DNA of 64,000 nt, taken from assembly GCA_964187785.1 (NCBI GenBank), contig OZ076409.1, positions 13,084,001 to 13,148,000 on the forward strand. Reading direction: 5' to 3'. The position numbers and the translations under genes were made by a program. This document shows positions 59,602-64,000 of the stretch, one piece after another (the stretch's first letter is position 1; every line of letters begins with the position of its first letter). The stretch comes from Amphiscolops sp. MND2022 (taxonomy: Eukaryota). The notes beneath the pieces are model-generated. The model ran no database searches. It saw only the letters and a program-made list of their open reading frames with translations, and had not been told where the DNA came from.

Positions 59602-62127
59602 CTACGGGCCCGATTTTTTGTAGTTCAAATATGTGGCAGAGCGAGCCTCTGTCTTGGAATATGACAAAAACAATTTTGAAAAAAGACAGCTGAAAGATGA
59701 TTTTTTCACATAGAAAATAGGAATTTTATTACGTAGAGTATCCGTTTTTTGGACTTGAGCAAGTCACTTTAAAACCACAGCTTCAAGTCCACCATTGAGT
59801 GACCATTTGGCTGCAAGATATTGTACCACAGCATGCTATGGGGAGAAAGTATTCGAAAATTTCGCCGACTTAGAAACACAAAACTGCTTATTCGGCGTCC
59901 ACCCCGCGGGAACTGGGAAATTAACTTCTTTTTCTTCTTCTTCGTCTTTTTCCATCACTTGATTCTACTGCACAATTCACTGTATTGTCGTTCCATATCA
60001 AATTATTCTAAGTCTTGTCGGCGTGGGATTGAATTTTTTCTTTTATCTCTGCTGATGACTTGATCGATGCCACTTAAATGTGATCATCTTGTTTTGATTC
60101 TTCAATTTCGAAGGTGTGATAATACACACATTATAAGTTGTCAAAATATTTATCAAACATCTGTCAGCCAATTGTCGTTGCTTTGTTAATTTCAATGAAG
60201 TGTTAAAAAGTCTGTAAAAAGTTTGAAAAAACGTGTAAGTTTCAATTACTACAACTGGCGGTGATAAATCTACACACAATGACATCAAAAATCCAATTCT
60301 TGTTTGCATGACCAGAATAAAGTTCATTGAATCTATGAATGGACACTTTTAGAGTGTAACTTTAGAGAAAAAAATGTTTTAAATCAAAAAAGCAAGTGAT
60401 TGTGAAGAGAAATCAAAACAAGTTTTTCATAGGTGTCGTTTTTGTTGCGATGATGATAAATTACAAGTTTTATTGTAGCTCTTCTCATAATTGCAGAGGC
60501 AAAAATCTTTTTCATTGCCCAATCTCTGAATAAAGGAGAAATTGCTGTCCGTAATTCAATTTCGCTGTTTGAAACGAATTTCCAACATTTCAGATTGCAT
60601 GCAATAAAGTCAAAATTATAGAATAAGACGTCAAAGTTTGTTTGAAACATTAGAGATTTGCTTGGGATGTCTCCAATTGCTTTCATTTCAAAAAATGTGC
60701 TGTTAATTTATTCCCATTTCCGTACCACTTGATTAGAAGATCGGTTTCTGTATCGCCCTCTGTGCATTTCGTTGAAACGTTGTTATAAACCACTTGAAAT
60801 GTCAAAAACATGTTTATTAAAAGTAGACTCTCATAGCGAAATAAATTGATTGTATTTCAAATCTTGTTCCAAACTCCGTATCAACACGTGACTTAATCTC
60901 CTCCTTGCCTTTGTTAGAAAACAAGGAGTTTTGGCATTGAAGGTTGATCTGCGTTCAGACCTGGGGGGGGGGGGTTTGGTTGGGGTGAACAAAATCTCTT
61001 GTGACGGGGCAGACCCTTAGGACACTTTTTCCCTATTCTGTTTGTTGTGAAATGCGTGTAACGAATAAACAGAACTGTAGAAATGCGTCTTCAAATATTC
61101 TAGCAGGACAAGAAACCGTCTAACTGATTCTCATTTTGTCCATTCACGTCAAAGCTGTTCAAGTCGCATACATTATAGTAGAACCTAACATTATGACGTA
61201 ATTCCAGTGTTATACCTGAGCGCTTTCAGAAATTCTGTCCCTAATTCGGTTCTAGCGAAGACTTGACAGGAGATTGTTGGAAGTAAAACTAAGTTTCGTT
61301 TCACCAGCCGGCATATTCACCGAGATCGTAAAATGTCACTTTCTAACATGATTTTATATTCTTAATATTCCAAATCGTATTTCACTTCAAGACAATTGCG
61401 CCAATTTCTCTCATGGATATTTAACAGCTCTGTTTGCGTACTTCCACTCAAACGAGCAATTTGTGTGCTTTTAGCAGCGTGCCTGGACGTTTTTATCCAG
61501 ATTGAATCATACTTCTTTTCTTGATCTACTTTTCCGGATTTTTCATCAGGTACGTTTACGAACCATGAACATATGCTATTACGACCCCCTTCATTCATAG
61601 TATAGTTGTTATTGTGCCTTTAACTTCCGTTGATTGGCAACTATAATCCGAGCCACCAATTAATTTCATTATAAATTTCCAAAATGAAAAAAAAATGATT
61701 CGACGAGCACAGTTTTGCAAATTTCTGTTTCTTTTGGGAAGTTGCGGAAAATTTGGCTTGGAGATTCAGTTAGGTTGTTCTATCATCTGCCAGGAGACAT
61801 AATTGTCTTGAGTAAAAAACTACATACATTTGACTAATAAATTGTTTTGAAAAACAAAAAATTGAGTAAAAAATTGAGTAAAAAATTGAGTACAAATATA
61901 AAGAATTTCAAGCATATCAGGCATCAGAATTTGTTCACACATGACAACCAGTACCCATTTCAAAGGTCCAACTGTGGAACGATCGCGTTGAGGACTAAGA
62001 ATACGTTTTAATAAGAATAAAGACGCTCAATCTCGACACTGACTATTGCCGCGTACTTCAATTTCAAAATATCTTCGGGGCTTGCATGAAAATGAGCGAC
62101 TTGGTCACCTCTCAGCACGGCTGCTAC

Positions 62128-62671
62128 TTTTTAGTCGGGGCTTTTCTAGTGAAAAGAGCCCGACTATTACAGTGGCTACTTTTTTAGTCGGCGCTTTTCT
62201 AGTGAAAAGTGCCCGACTATTACAGTGATTAGTTTTTTTTTTCTTTTTTTTTGCGTCAGACTACAATCTCACTCTGATTGTTCCACTTTTCTTACAATCG
62301 AAACTACTAAAACTACTACCATAAGGCCAAGTCCGGTCAGCAGAAATTACTGCAAAGAGGTCCCCACTTTCATTTTTTACTATTTTAACGTAACCTACAA
62401 AACTGGACGAGACTAAAGGGTCCCTTTTGATTTTTTTTTCGGCATTGTGTGACTTTTTTTACGAAAATTTTTTAACGTCTAAAAAGAGTCCCCCTTTCGA
62501 GTTTTTTGATATTCTGCAACAGAATATATGTTAATAAAGCCCAAAGGGTCCCCCTTTTACATTTTTTGGCACTATGCGACATTTTCTGTTTTTCAAGTTT
62601 TTTTTAAAAAAAGTCTTTTGCGCTTTTTGAGCCTTAGATATAGCGCCGACTTTAGACGTTCCCGTCTTGTT
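62128..62671 (+). mobile_element. HINE-like element with duplicated 5' module
   Basis: Two tandem TTTTTAGTCGG..CCCGACTATTACAGTG modules; end GCGCCGACTTTAGACGTTCCCGTCTTGTT. Confidence 0.65.
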
Positions 62672-63197
62672 TTCTTCTTTTTTCGTCAGACCACAGACCT
62701 CATCGTTTAAGTACCACTTTTTACAGAAACTGATAAGACTACTCAGGCCAAGTCCGGCCAATGCAAACTTAGTGCAAAGGGGCCCCTTTCATTTTTTACC
62801 TTTTTCACGTAACCTACAGAAGCGGAAAAGACCAGAGGGTCCCCCCTTTCAATTTATTTTGGCACTGTGCGAAATTATTTTCGAAAAATTTTTATTGTCT
62901 TGAAAGAGTCCCCCGTCGAGATTTTTTGATATTATGCAACAGAATGTATGTTAATGAATCCCAAAAAGTCCCCTCTTTTTTTCGGCACTATGTGGCATTT
63001 TTCGAAAGAAAAAAGTAGGAAGTCTTTTTTCCAATTTTTTTTGTTCCCAGTCGGGAAAAAGTGATTTTCCAGTCATGTCGAGCATGAAAGGCACACTTTG
63101 GGTTTCTCGAAATTGTTTTCAAAGCTTTTCATGAATACGTCCCTGGCATATTTGAAAAACTTTGATTTCTGTTTAGGCTTTTACGTCTAATAGTCTG

Positions 63198-63520
63198 TTT
63201 TTAGTCGGCGCTTTTATTAACATAATGGCCCGACTATTACAGTCACTCGTTTTTTCTTTTTTAAAACACAGACTCGAAGCGACGACGGTAACGTTCAGCT
63301 AAAGGAAATTAAATACCACGGAAACCCATCTAGGTTTTTCCCAAAGGGTCCCTTTGGTTTTTCAATTTTAAAGCCTACAAAACCGGATGAGTGTAAAGGG
63401 TCCCTTTCGGTTTTTTTTCGGCACTGTGCGACTTTTCTCTAATTTTTTTGTCTCCAAAAGGTCCCCCTCCGATTTTATTTGAGCCATAGATATAGCGCCG
63501 ACTTTAGACGTTCCCGTCTT
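63198..63520 (+). mobile_element. HINE-like element
   Basis: TTTTTAGTCGGCGC..CCCGACTA start; GCGCCGACTTTAGACGTTCCCGTCTT end. Confidence 0.65.
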
Positions 63521-64000
63521 CTTTTAGAAATAGTCCACGTCAGTGTTCTTTGAAGTACCAGATCCAGCCTTTTCTTGTACTTCGCCATCGCCAAACTGTC
63601 TAACGGTTTTTCGAAATGTTCAATTAGCTTCTCGCTTCCAATAGATGGCAGCCTCCCCTCCAGCATGGGCAATGTTTTAGACAGGTGTTTGAATGTACTA
63701 GTTAAAATGCCAGTTGTTGCTGGAGCTCGTCTTTTGAAGTTATTTTTTTTCATTACATCAACTGATTGTTGATCTTCTTCCAATTGATCGATATATGCGC
63801 AGCTTTTCGTAAAATTTTCTTAGTAAAAAAAACGCATTGCAGCCATGTACACCCTTGCGTATTCACAACTTCAAGAGACAAATGCGAACCAGTGATGTTC
63901 TCAAAATCTGGCTTCCGGCGTCCAGACTTTTAGAAGAATTTTTTCATTGATAAATGTAATTTATCCACAATTTCATGTTTAATTCGAATAAAGTCTGCAA

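Noticed and set aside
59950..61700. Decayed transposase or gene on the minus strand
   Set aside because: Patchy coding-like stretches, but I could not recognise any motif or termini; needs BLASTx.
61856..61891. AAAAAATTGAGT x3 and long G/C homopolymers (60963, 41799)
   Set aside because: Simple repeats with no supporting context.

Overview
Repeat-rich eukaryotic (invertebrate animal) genomic DNA; the organism cannot be fixed from the sequence alone. 0-14 kb holds two convergent host genes. One is an 11-exon (5'-truncated) ARM-repeat/TIR/SAM-like gene on +, rebuilt by hand with consistent splice phases (658 aa visible). The other is an intronless-CDS GAS8/DRC4 ciliary gene on -. The rest is nested transposons: a LINE fragment, a decayed Tc1 element, and a decayed Ty3/Gypsy element whose 5'LTR-gag-flank junction has been amplified into a 4x ~1.18 kb tandem array. 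A ~22.4 kb Gypsy element (32359-54756, ~1.64 kb LTRs) contains a young, intact 5.9 kb Gypsy element, a MITE and a HINE. The most unusual item is the giant element's cargo: an antisense gene with three GT-AG introns encoding a BED-finger, probably catalytically dead hAT-transposase-like protein, plus a divergent sense ORF running into the 3'LTR and a gag frame starting inside the 5'LTR. Helentron-type non-autonomous elements (some with tRNA-like modules) and hAT/Tc1 MITEs fill the gaps. All calls were made by eye; no database searches were run.
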